In this document: in pieces, positions 1 to 10,600 of the stretch
How the letters are laid out: every line of letters starts with the position of its first letter
Position numbering within the stretch: position 1 is the first letter of the stretch
Source: a virus
Taxonomy: Duplodnaviria > Caudoviricetes
IMG/VR virus record: IMGVR_UViG_3300009526_000055
Location: 1-25,761 of that record
Strand: one strand, 5' to 3'
Length of the DNA: 25,761 nucleotides
Notes under the pieces: generated by a model
Seen by the model: the letters and a program-made list of their open reading frames with translations, nothing else
Databases searched by the model: none
What the model was told of the DNA's origin: nothing
Made by a program: the position numbers and the translations under genes

Positions 1-1980
1 ATTGATTGTGAAACTCACAAAGTTTGGAGATTCTGCTGGAAATTCTGCCGCCTGTATTGTGTAATTGCCGTCAATATTTGCTGACACACCGTTCACCACA
101 GTTGTGCCTGTGATTACAACTGTTTGAGCACCTTCATAATAGTGCGAAGCAGTTGTTGTAATTTTTGTTGTTGTTCCTAAACTTGGATTTTGTGCACCAA
201 ATTGAACACTTGAAATAGTTCTTTGTTGTACAGTAACAGTTTGATCCACTTGAGCATAATTTTTCAAAGTTGAAAAATCAATTGTTGGTATTGTGAATCC
301 TCCACCTACACCATAATCAACTGTTAACACTCTTGCTAAAGCACCATCACCTCTTGCAGGTATCACACTGTTAACAAATATACCTAATGGTGGTTCTGCT
401 GAACCGCTTCCGTATCCTGCAACAGGATATAATGTTTCTAATACTTCTCTTGTGTTAAGATAGTTGTTTCCCACTGCGTTTTGTGTAAAGCCTGAGACAT
501 CTAGTTGTAAACTAATAATTGCAGATCCATCTGTGTATTCTTTTGTGGCAACATCTGAAGCATTAATTGGTGTCCCAACGCCTGTAATTCTTTTGTTACT
601 TAAAACTTCTATAGCCGCTGTGTCTGAACTTAATTTTAATGACTGTGAGTTTTGACTGGTAATTGTTGATCCATTAATATTAACATCATCTACATCTAAA
701 CTTACTAATGTTCCCAAAGATGTTAATGACGATCCTGTAACCGAACCACCCAAAGCAGTTTCTGTCAACACAGTGTTTGTGTTTATTTTTAATCCTCTGC
801 CAATAGCAAAATCAAGCCATTCTGAACTTGTCCAAGCATCTGTGCCGTCTGCCCAAGCAAATGTTTTATCACCGTCTGTAGATTTTAAAGTTATTCCACC
901 ACCATTTGCTCCAGCATCGTTAGTTGTTGCACCTGTACTGGAAAGATTTAATTCTATGTTTTTGTCTTCAACTCTTAAAGTTACTGTGTCAACTGCTGTT
1001 TGTGTTCCGCCTATGGTTAAGTTTCCATCTATGATTGCATTTCCACCTACATGCAAAGTTGCTGTTGGAGATGCTTTATAAATCCCTACTGCTGAAGCAG
1101 AAGAATCTATTTTGAATGCTGAAACTTCAGCCGGTGTTCGTACTTTAATTTCTACATCTTGATTTGATAGTTGGTTTGCTATTGTGAATGCATTGTTAGT
1201 GAATTGTAGTTTTGTGTTCTGATTTAGACCAACAGTTAAACCTGCATTGTTTTGAATTGTAAGAGCACCTGTGGTTGTGTCATCACTGTCTGAAACCAAA
1301 TATTGATCTGCTGTACGAACAACACCATTGCCGTCCACTAATGATTCAGCAATTGTGGCTGTGCCTTTGTATTTGTAATCTGTACCTACTGTGTTAAAAC
1401 CTTTTACTATTGTTCCTGTTGGATTAGCAACTGTGACTAATTCAGCAATTCTAGATGCTACCGTTGGTGTAAAGTTTGAATTTGAATGAACGCCAACAAT
1501 GTTACCACCTACAAACATTTTAATCACTGTTTGTGTAATATTTTGTGTGTCAAGCACACTTACTACTTGATGACCTGATGTTCCTTGTGCTGTTGAATAA
1601 TCAGGACCTACTAGTTGTAATCTTGTACCATCATAAAAATACAGTTGACTTGTTACACTGTTAATCCAAAGATCACCTGCAACCATGTTAGGTTGTGTCT
1701 CTGCAACTGTTGTTCCGCCTGATGATGTAAATGATGATCCGTTATAAACTTTTAATCTATTCTCTGCTGTGTCAAACCAAAGTTGTCCTCTGATAGGATT
1801 GATAGGAGCAGATGTATTAGAAAAGTTTTCTAATAATTGTATAAAGTTTTCATTTAATACTTCGCCAAAACCTGAATAGTTTCTTCCTATCAGTGTAAGA
1901 TCACTGGAAGTGGTATCTAATTGACCGTCAACTAAATCTACAAGTAAACTGCCGTCAGTTTTATTCAACCTATAACTCAT
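1..1980 (-). CDS. Tail fibre / baseplate-attached fibre protein, paralog of 1980..4010 (3'-truncated by window edge, at least 660 aa; absent from the supplied ORF track)
   Basis: Translated by hand. The ATG at 1980-1978 overlaps the upstream TAA (TAATG) and has a GGAGG RBS, and the frame is open to position 1. It starts MSYRLNKTDGSLLVDLVDGQLDTTSSDLTLIGRNYSGFGEVLNENFIQLLENFSNTSAPINPIRGQLWFDTAENRLKVYNG, which aligns with the N-terminus of 1980..4010. Later fibre-shaft motifs include GNLTIGGTQTAVDTVTLRVEDKNIEL and KRITGVGTPINASDVATKEYTD. Confidence 0.9.
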   Translation of the reverse strand, partial: MSYRLNKTDGSLLVDLVDGQLDTTSSDLTLIGRNYSGFGEVLNENFIQLLENFSNTSAPINPIRGQLWFDTAENRLKVYNGSSFTSSGGTTVAETQPNMVAGDLWINSVTSQLYFYDGTRLQLVGPDYSTAQGTSGHQVVSVLDTQNITQTVIKMFVGGNIVGVHSNSNFTPTVASRIAELVTVANPTGTIVKGFNTVGTDYKYKGTATIAESLVDGNGVVRTADQYLVSDSDDTTTGALTIQNNAGLTVGLNQNTKLQFTNNAFTIANQLSNQDVEIKVRTPAEVSAFKIDSSASAVGIYKASPTATLHVGGNAIIDGNLTIGGTQTAVDTVTLRVEDKNIELNLSSTGATTNDAGANGGGITLKSTDGDKTFAWADGTDAWTSSEWLDFAIGRGLKINTNTVLTETALGGSVTGSSLTSLGTLVSLDVDDVNINGSTITSQNSQSLKLSSDTAAIEVLSNKRITGVGTPINASDVATKEYTDGSAIISLQLDVSGFTQNAVGNNYLNTREVLETLYPVAGYGSGSAEPPLGIFVNSVIPARGDGALARVLTVDYGVGGGFTIPTIDFSTLKNYAQVDQTVTVQQRTISSVQFGAQNPSLGTTTKITTTASHYYEGAQTVVITGTTVVNGVSANIDGNYTIQAAEFPAESPNFVSFTIN
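1772..1851. repeat. DNA-level similarity between fibre paralogs, copy 1
   Basis: tcaaaccaaagttgtcct (1772-1789) is identical to 3799-3816. Positions 1826-1851 match 3853-3878 at 24/26 nt. Both matches have the same 2027-nt offset. Confidence 0.8.
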
Positions 1981-4010
1981 TATGCTCCTCCAGTATAAAT
2001 GATGTAGTTTAATGTTAAGTATGGATTCATCACATCCATTGCTTGTCCTATTGTTCCGTCTATGCCACCTGAGTTTGGTAATTGTTGAGCACCATTGGCA
2101 TTTGATAAATCTGGTCCGCTTGTTGTGGTTACTTCTGGATCTGTAGAAGTGCCTGCAATGTTTCTACCTGCAAAGAATTGATCTCCATTATCTGCTTTTA
2201 AATCGTGTTCGTGATTTGGAAGATTTTCTTTTGCAATAGTTTTTGTTTCATTACCAGCACCTAAACCTAATCCGTCTGCTACCGGCGATGTTACTCTGTC
2301 TGCTGATCCTTGTCCCAATCCAGGATTGCTCATGTTGTCTTTACCTAGTGGGAATCTACCACGCATGTCTGGCAATTTAAATGTTGCTGAACTGCTTGGA
2401 GTTCCATATTGAGTTCCTATTGTTTGAAACAATTGATTATAAACTGATCTTTGTAATTCAGCACCATCACAAAACAACCAATCTGTAGGAGCAGTTGTTC
2501 CAGCATAAGGCATCATTGATGCTACTGGTGGTGTTGGTATTGCGTTAGTGATTGCTCCAACAGTTGTTTTGTAAATTCCTGTTGATCCCGATGTTCTATT
2601 AATGATAATTTCATCTCCAACATTGCTGGTAGTTGTTAATGTTTGGTTACCTATGAATGAATTGTTTATACTTGTTGTAAAAGTTTTTGTTGTTCCACCA
2701 GTTTGTCCGTCAAACGAAACATCTACTGCTGTAACATCTCCTGCCAATCTAAATGTTGTTGCTTGAGCAAGTTTATCAGCAGAAGTGGCACTTGTGGCAT
2801 TTCCTGTGATACTGCTTGTTACGACACTGCCTGCTTGTATTTGGTTGGCGTAAACTGTGTTGTATCTGTTTGTAGTTGATCCAATGTTGTAAGTTAAATT
2901 TTGAGAAGGTAAAACTGATTGTGCTGTGATATCGCCAGCAAACGTTCCTGATCCACCTATGTTTGCACTGAGAGCCACACCTAATCCACCTTTAGAAACA
3001 ATTGCTCCTGAACCTATATTGATTGATGGTGACGTGCTGTTTGACACTATTGTGCCTGATGATAAAATATTTCCTGTAACATCTAATGCTTCATTTGGAT
3101 TTGTGTTGTTAATACCAACTTGTTGTTGTGAACTTATTCTCATCACTGTTGATACCGAACCGCCACTGTTTAATCTAAAGTCTATTTCTTCATCTTGTGT
3201 TCCTAATTGAATTATACCTGCTTGATTTTCAACAAACATTTTAAATGTTCCAGCGGAACCAACTTCTAAACCTTGGTCAGTTTTAATTTTAATAGGAAAG
3301 TCAGTTAACGATGTTGTGTCTGATCTTAAAAAATTTCCTGCGGCAACTGTGGTGTTACCAACTACTAATGATTCTGCTTTTTCTGATGTTCCATATAGTT
3401 TGTTTACATCAGAACCAAAATTTGTCAAACTTAAATTTACTCCTGGATTCAATGCTGAAAAGCCTGGGATAGTAATTTTAGGAGTGAATGAACTTTTAGA
3501 AATTATAGCAACTGTCTGTGCTTCAACTTCAAGTTTCACAATGCTGTATGATAAATCGTCTGTGCCTATTATTGATATAGGAGTTGCACCTGTTGTCAAA
3601 CCTTGACTGTATTGCGGACCAATTAAAATCCAACCCGAACCAGTAAACAAATATAATTGTTGAGCATTTGTGTCTACCCATAAATCTCCTGAAATACTTT
3701 CAGATGCACTTGGTTGGTTGATTGCTTTTTTCAATCCACCTGATGCTACCCAATTTGCTCCATCATACACTTTAAGTTGATTTACACCTGCGGCGTTATC
3801 AAACCAAAGTTGTCCTTCAATAGGTCTTAATGGTGCTGTGCTGTTAGCAAAATTTTCTAGTAATTGTAAAAAGTTTTCCGATATAACTGTTCCGTAAGAA
3901 GTAGTATTCTTTCCTGGAAAATTAACACTGGTCTGATTGTTTACAGTGTTATCTTCTATAGTGATAGTACCTTTGTTTATAGCATCGGTAAAACTTATAT
4001 TGTATGCCAT
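1980..4010 (-). CDS. Tail fibre protein with C-terminal phage tail-collar domain (T4 gp10/gp12-like C-terminus), 676 aa
   Basis: Collar motif PVASMMPYAGTTAPTDWLFCDG...LFQTIGTQYG...TFKLPDMRGRFPLG (about 2343-2529), an HxH motif (NLPNHEH) and a terminal MNPYLTLNYIIY. Fibre-type segments ADKLAQATTFRLAGDVTAVDVSFDG and VGINNTNPNEALDVTGN. AAGGA RBS. Confidence 0.85.
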   Translation of the reverse strand: MAYNISFTDAINKGTITIEDNTVNNQTSVNFPGKNTTSYGTVISENFLQLLENFANSTAPLRPIEGQLWFDNAAGVNQLKVYDGANWVASGGLKKAINQPSASESISGDLWVDTNAQQLYLFTGSGWILIGPQYSQGLTTGATPISIIGTDDLSYSIVKLEVEAQTVAIISKSSFTPKITIPGFSALNPGVNLSLTNFGSDVNKLYGTSEKAESLVVGNTTVAAGNFLRSDTTSLTDFPIKIKTDQGLEVGSAGTFKMFVENQAGIIQLGTQDEEIDFRLNSGGSVSTVMRISSQQQVGINNTNPNEALDVTGNILSSGTIVSNSTSPSINIGSGAIVSKGGLGVALSANIGGSGTFAGDITAQSVLPSQNLTYNIGSTTNRYNTVYANQIQAGSVVTSSITGNATSATSADKLAQATTFRLAGDVTAVDVSFDGQTGGTTKTFTTSINNSFIGNQTLTTTSNVGDEIIINRTSGSTGIYKTTVGAITNAIPTPPVASMMPYAGTTAPTDWLFCDGAELQRSVYNQLFQTIGTQYGTPSSSATFKLPDMRGRFPLGKDNMSNPGLGQGSADRVTSPVADGLGLGAGNETKTIAKENLPNHEHDLKADNGDQFFAGRNIAGTSTDPEVTTTSGPDLSNANGAQQLPNSGGIDGTIGQAMDVMNPYLTLNYIIYTGGA
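1985..1991 (-). promoter_or_regulatory. Shine-Dalgarno site GGAGGAG for the 1980 ORF, encoded in the last codons of the upstream gene
   Basis: Minus strand reads ACT GGA GGA GCA TAATG. Confidence 0.75.
3799..3878. repeat. DNA-level similarity between fibre paralogs, copy 2
   Basis: Partner of 1772-1851. It encodes the shared ENF.QLLENF...GQLWFD motif. Confidence 0.8.
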
Positions 4011-4013
4011 TTA

Positions 4014-4625
4014 TTATCCTTCGTTAAACCCTGTTAAACTTTGAACTCTAACTGTGTAATCAATCTGAATCAATCTGTTTAAACTTTTTTGTACTGGATG
4101 AAAAATTACGTGTGTTAGTAATTTGCCTGTACCGCTGGGTGAATAACTTACTAATCCTAGTTCATCAAATACATATAAACTGTCTGAAACACTTGCAGTG
4201 TCAACAGCATCTTGTCCATTTGGTTCACCATAGTCTAACAAACAAGTTACAACAACGTCTGTGTAATTTGTTCCATTGATATGTCTTGTTTCTATTTTGT
4301 TTCTTTGTGGATCTAGGTTTGAAACTGATCTGTCGTCAACAATTTTTGTGTATGTTTGGTTGTACAGTGTAGCATTTGTACCTGTACTGTTTGGAGTAAG
4401 ATATGTGATGATACCTGTTGGGTCAACACTTGTTCCACCGTTTCCAAACGACATTGAATTTATGAATCCTTGCCCCTGATTAGCAACACTTTCTGCCAAA
4501 GCAACACTCATATTCTCATAATGAATTGCGTTGCGTTTATCAACGAAAATCTTGTCTGATTCAGGATCATGTATTTTGATGTGTCCCTGTATTAGTACAC
4601 CACTGTTCTCTTTAATTTTGCTCAT
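4014..4625 (-). CDS. Virion structural protein in the gp8 position; probable baseplate / fibre-attachment protein, 203 aa
   Basis: GGAG RBS and a TAAATA box upstream. It lies between the gp7-position giant and the fibres. Motifs MSFGNGG and FDELGL...LLTHVIFHPVQKS...IQIDYTVRV resemble fibre-attachment (DUF3751-like/gp8-like) beta folds. The ORF is secure; the function is inferred. Confidence 0.6.
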   Translation of the reverse strand: MSKIKENSGVLIQGHIKIHDPESDKIFVDKRNAIHYENMSVALAESVANQGQGFINSMSFGNGGTSVDPTGIITYLTPNSTGTNATLYNQTYTKIVDDRSVSNLDPQRNKIETRHINGTNYTDVVVTCLLDYGEPNGQDAVDTASVSDSLYVFDELGLVSYSPSGTGKLLTHVIFHPVQKSLNRLIQIDYTVRVQSLTGFNEG

Positions 4626-4630
4626 TTTTA

Positions 4631-4634
4631 CTCC
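4631..4634 (-). promoter_or_regulatory. Shine-Dalgarno site GGAG for the 203-aa ORF
   Basis: AACGGAG-TAAAA-ATG, with a 5-nt spacer. Confidence 0.7.
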
Positions 4635-4646
4635 GTTCTACCATTG

Positions 4647-4652
4647 TATTTA
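4647..4652 (-). promoter_or_regulatory. Putative T4-type late promoter core TAAATA (context AATAAATA) overlapping the giant ORF's stop codon
   Basis: Minus strand reads CAA TAA ATACAATGGTAGAACGGAGTAAAA ATG. The T4 late consensus is TATAAATA. Confidence 0.6.
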
Positions 4653-7600
4653 TTGCGGCACAGCCACTTCCTTTTGACGTATGAATCTTGCGATGTCATT
4701 TTCCGTCTGACTCAGTGGATCTGCTCCTGTTTGCCATATTTTACCTTGTTTTCTTACCAGCAAAATTTGGGCATTTTCGGCTGGTGTGTTAGTGAAAGTG
4801 ATTACAGCAGTTGTACCTGATACACTAAAGTCTGCAGGCACTGTGCTATCTGCTTCTGGGCTGTCTTGCCCTAATGCAGGATCATATACACTGATACTAT
4901 TTTTTCTCATTCTTTTACCACCTACAAACAGTTCAAATTCATTTGCTGATTTAGGTGTAAAACCTATGTTAAGAGTGTTGTTTACCACATCTGCACCTGT
5001 ATATGTTTCAGATATGAAAGAATCTTGGTATGGTACATTTTGGAAAGCACTCTGATCGTACACATCAGTGTTGGCATGATGCACTTCTGCTATACCAGTA
5101 CCAAATGTTCCACGTCTTAGTTGTTCTAGAGTGTTACCATCTTTTTTGTAGTACTCAATTCTTTCGCCATCTATGAAGACAATACCCGGCAGTTGTGAAG
5201 CCACACTAGGTTCTGTGATTCCGACACCGTCTATCAGCACAATTTTTTGATCATTCCATAATAAATTTTGTGCCAACGTGTACTGTTTGTCATCACCAAT
5301 ACGTTTGAAGTGAGTTCTGTTCATGATATCTTTAAATTGTCTGTAAGCAAACTTGCCTACAAAACTTGGAGCAGTGAAATGAATCACATCTATTTCGTCA
5401 TTCTGCGACAACGTTCTGTTAATTTTTAAATACATTTGATTGTTAGACACTGTGTAGTCCACACTAGGTGCTAACCATTCGCCATTTAAACACACCCAAA
5501 CATATTGAGCATCAACAGCCGGTCTGTTTAGTTTTACAACACCATTTGTTAATTGATTGTATTGATAATAATCATCTGTGTTAACTGTGACTGTTAATTT
5601 TGCCACAACATCATATTGTGTTCTGTCAATGTCTTGCACATCGTGTTTACTAAATTGGTAAACGGTGATTGTGCTTAAATCTGTTGGAGCAGTTGTAAAT
5701 GTAATCAGTCCACTGTCGTTCACACTGTATTCTCCGTTTTCAATATATACATCCAATGTATCATCTGCAACACCCACACCGCCAGTTAATGTAATACTCG
5801 AATTACCTGGATTCCATCTGTATTGACTGGACGTAAGTTCAACTTTATTTAGGTATGCTCTAACCTCTGAAGCATTGATTGTGCCTGGTAATACTTGCCA
5901 ATTTTTAAATTCATATTCTCTTAATGTACTCACAGTAAATTTTCTGTGGAATCCACTTCTTAAAACATCATTGTTAACTTTCACAATCACGTTATTTGTA
6001 AAAGGTGTTTGTGTGAAAGGTGTTTGATTCATTTGATATGTTGCTGTACTTCCGTCACCTGTAAAAGTGTCTTGAGTAACTTCGCTGAAAGATTGTGAAG
6101 CACTCTCGTACACCACTATGTTGATATAACTGTCTGATGTAGGAGCGGAATTAAATCTAATTGCCACTCTATTAGGAACAGCATAAGAAGAATCTGTTTC
6201 AATTACAGAATATGTAGCATCTTCGCCATTTACTTTTACAAAGGTTTGTATATTTCCTGCTTTGAATTTTGCTCTAGTTACATATTCAACTGTACTTCCA
6301 TCACCTGTGAATGCATCAACGTCAAGTATAGACTCTCCATTGTTACCCATTGTGATAAAGTTAATTTTATCACCCAGTGCTGGTGTTTGATTCAAGTTGA
6401 TGTATTTGTCTTGGTAATTAATTGTGAATTGATTTGTGTTGTACAAAATATTGTTAATACTTAAAAATATTGCTGTGTTACTTTGTGGTGAGTCCACAAA
6501 GTTAAATTCAGTTGTTGCACCGTCACCAATATAGTTGTAACTGTTAATTTTACTACCCGAACTCTGACCTCTATCATACACTTGAATATCTAAAGTATCT
6601 AAAACTTGACCAGGTACAAATTCTTCAGGACCTTTAGCAGAAGTTTCTGTTACAAATCCGTCACCATCAACATTTATGTCTTCTGCATTTATACCTTGTG
6701 CTGTTGAGTATGCCAAATCTCCACCTTTAATTAAAGTATCAACTATGGTTGGATCTGGTAAAAATGCTCCATCACTGGTAGATTTTCTTACAATAATTGT
6801 ATCGCCATTATCTGTTTCTAACATACTGATATCAACAGTTTTTGTAGATCCGTCACCTTGTAGTGAATTCATTTGTGCTAAAATATTTGTAGGTGCACCA
6901 AGATCAAATGCAGGATCATCCACTCTTTGTCCATTTTGATAAATGTGATATTCAATACCTGACGTTAGAGTGTTTGCTAGATTCAATGTTAATGTACTAC
7001 CATCTAGATAGAATACTTCATCTTCATAACTTTCATCAAATGTATCCCATTCGCCTTGCAGATAAGGTTCATTGCCCCAGCCTGAGTTGTTTTCAAATCC
7101 AATACTTCTCACTTCAACTCCACCGTAATCTATACCATCAATCACTTGTGCTAATTCTTTTCCAGGCATTCCTGATGTTGGTTGATACAATGCAAATCTG
7201 TCAGCAGTGTTTAACACATCTTCATTTATTTTGTAACTAATTGAAATTGTAGATAAATTTACTGGCGGTAAAACAAATTGAATATATCCTGTTTGTCTTG
7301 TATATGTTTTTGTTGTGTCTGTTTCATTTTTGTATACAAATGTGCTTTTCAATTGTTTTTTGCCTGCTACAAGAATAGTAATTGTGTTTGTGCGTAGATC
7401 CATTGGCCATTTTAATTTAAATTTCAATTGACTGTTGTTACCTGTGAATGTTTCTGTTCTTTGTAAACTGGTAACGAACGTATCACCTGTGTTTCTGTCA
7501 AATTTTATTCCAATGTGAGTTGTACGAGGTAAACTTTCACCTAACACAGCACTTGCTTTGGCTAGAGTACCTGTTGTTGAACCACTTAATGTTACTGTTG

Positions 7601-10600
7601 GAGAAGAAATATATCCTGATCCACTGTTTGTAACATTTATTCTGTATACCACACCATTTTTAATATATGCTGTACCAGTTGCACCAGTTCCGCCACCACC
7701 TGTAATTTCAACAGCAGGGGGATTAGTATAAGCAGTTCCACCATTAGCAATATTAATTGCTGTGATTTTGTAACCTATGTTGTCTTTCCAATTTTTATCT
7801 GGATATGTAGTAATGTTGTCTGCACCCACTAACTGATCGTTGTTGATTGTGACCTTAGATGGAGTTATTACACCATTGATATATTTTGGTGCATAATCAA
7901 AATCAGTTATTACAGAGTTTGTTGGTTCTGTTTTCTCATACGAACTAACATATTCCCTAATCTTAGATTTATATGGTTTAATTTCTTGTACATAATCTTC
8001 GTAGTTTGATAGATTATCATTTTTAAATGTAATTTTCTGTTCTAATTGTCCAACATTGTGTTGAGCCTTAACAAAACTTGTTTTAAACACAAAATCATTT
8101 AGTTTGTTTTCCGATAAAGCATACTGAATACCAGCAAAGTACATTTTATTATACTCTATTGCTAATTCTTCTACAAATATTTTGTCTCTAATTGTCTCTA
8201 ATATTATACGTGTTTCCTCAATTGGTTGTCTGTCATACAGTTGAACATCGAAACTGTTTGAATCAAAACCTATGTTGCCACTGTACGCATACAAGTTATC
8301 CGAGAATTGAATTGTTCCATTTTGTCTTCCCACTGTTTGATAGTTTACAGTGTAATCGACATCTACTTGGTTATCAATTTTTTTCAATAGTAACCAACCG
8401 CCGGATCCAATAGTTTCAATTTTTATAATTTGTCCTATACTGTCATCTAATGCATTTATTTCGTAACTTTGTGATATCAAATGATCAATAGCAGTAATTT
8501 GACTGTAACCTGTTTGATACCAATCAGCATAACTCCAATACAGATTTACATTGAATGCTTGTATTTTTGTTTTCTGCCAACCATCGCTACTGTTGTAATC
8601 ATATATTGCCCATTTTCCATCTACTGTACTGTCAGCAGTGACTAACGTGCTAAATGTTCTTACTTCTATCGTTGCATCTTCTTTGTAATTACTACCTGCT
8701 TGTAAAATTTTAGCACTGTTGATCGATCCATTAACATCAGTTGTTAAACTTATCACAGCACCTTCACCTGTAATGCTTTTTATTTTGTACGTTGGTATTG
8801 ATTTGTAACCTTTACCAGCATCTGTTATTACAACATTAGAAATTTTTCCGTTTGTAACTGTGATGTTTAATGATGCAGGTTTAACTGATCCTACTCCTAC
8901 AGAATCCAATTCATTTTCGGTGTCAACAGTTGTGTCAAATACTCCTGTATTGATAGTTGGTGCTGGATCTGATTTTATTAAATTACTGATGTCAATTTCA
9001 TCAACAACCAGTTTTGTTTTTAAAGAAGTGTTAACTCTTTCAATTGTTTGTTTAAGTGCTTCTTGTTTATTAGCAAACCAACTCTGTCTTGGAGTTTGTA
9101 ATGTACCATATTTTAATTTGTCACTTAAATTAGGGTCTGGTACAGGATTGGATTTTGAATCATATCCAATTAAACTGTTAAACCACACTGTTTCTATGTC
9201 TTTAGGCAGTGTACTTGTAGCAGAATCTTGTGTTAGTAAAGCATATTCTTTATGAACATTATTTTTACTAGCAATTGTGTTCAATCTGAAACTAATAATT
9301 GTGTCATTACTTTGAATAAATGAATCACAGTTTACAAGAGCAAATTTGTTTTTGCCAAACACTGTTACATATTTGTAACCTTGAGCTCTTGGATCTTTAA
9401 TTAAATTTTCAACAGCATTGGCGCTTAATGTTCTTGTTTCTATTTCTGGTGTTGTTGTTTTGCTTTTAACCCAATAAAAATATCTATTAGATAACACTCC
9501 AGCAACTTTATCATAAACTTTTTTGGTTACAAAGTCTGTTGTATTTTCAACTGTTCCTGTAATGCCTAATGCACTTCCTTCATTAGATTGACTAATAGTA
9601 TTATATTGTGTAGGAGTGTAAGGTGATTCAATCCATTCGTGTACATCAATACTAGCACCTACAAATAATTTATTCCAATATGAATTATTAAAAATTATGT
9701 TGCTTTGATATGGATAATAATATGTTGCTTTGCTGATGTTCCACCATAATTTTCCTACCTGAGTATCATCCCAGTGATTGGTTTTATCCATTGTTCCTAC
9801 TGCTGTAGAACTGTTGTACACAGCCGGGTCATAATTTGTTTTGTATGAAATTTCAGATTCTGCTGGTCCAGGAATTTTTCCAAATATTGGATCAACATAA
9901 TCTAATGTTGTTAATAATTTGTTTGTCGATTTACTGTAAAGGAAAACTCCTTGTATTTTTGATAAGTCTGGTTGATCAACCCCTTCACTGCTTTGATGTA
10001 TACTAGTCCAATTGAATTCTGTAGGTGATTTTCTAAAGTCTACCAATGTGCCCATTTGACTGTTGGCTAATTGTAATTTAGGCAGTCCAACATAAACGTG
10101 ATTGTTGTTGACCAACAAGTTCGTTCCAAATTGTTCTAAAGTGTCGTTGATGTAAGTGAATTTTTCACCATATAGTAATGTGTTTTCAAATTTTTGATAC
10201 AGGTGAATTGAACCCACATCTGATTGTATTTCAACAAATTTGGTCATTGTACCATCAAATACTGTTTGTCCATTATCAATAAGTGTTGATAATTGTTGAT
10301 CGCCTTTTAATGACGTTACTGCTAGTACATCTCCACTAAACGATAGAGTATTTCCAAATTGTTCCGAAGTTTCTTTGCTTGGACTTACTAGTGTTTGATT
10401 TAATGTGTACTGTCCAGAATCGTTGTTAACTTTTTTGTAAACATACACTGATCCCATGTCTATATCAACAACATCTTTCAACGGACTTCCAACAGCGATC
10501 AATTCACCGTCTCCTGATATGCTTATGTCTGAACCAAAGTCAATTATTGGGGCAGAATCATCTGCAGGTGTTATTGTTTGTTTGTATGAATAGTGTCCGT

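Noticed and set aside
4008-4016. Programmed readthrough fusing the 203-aa protein to the fibre (same frame)
   Set aside because: Two consecutive TAA stops plus a dedicated RBS for the downstream ATG argue against readthrough.
6044-6311. DNA similarity between two FTGDGST-coding tracts as a possible DGR template/variable pair or CRISPR-like repeat
   Set aside because: The match is only about 20 nt and is explained by the protein repeat. There is no reverse transcriptase, no long template repeat and no regular spacing.
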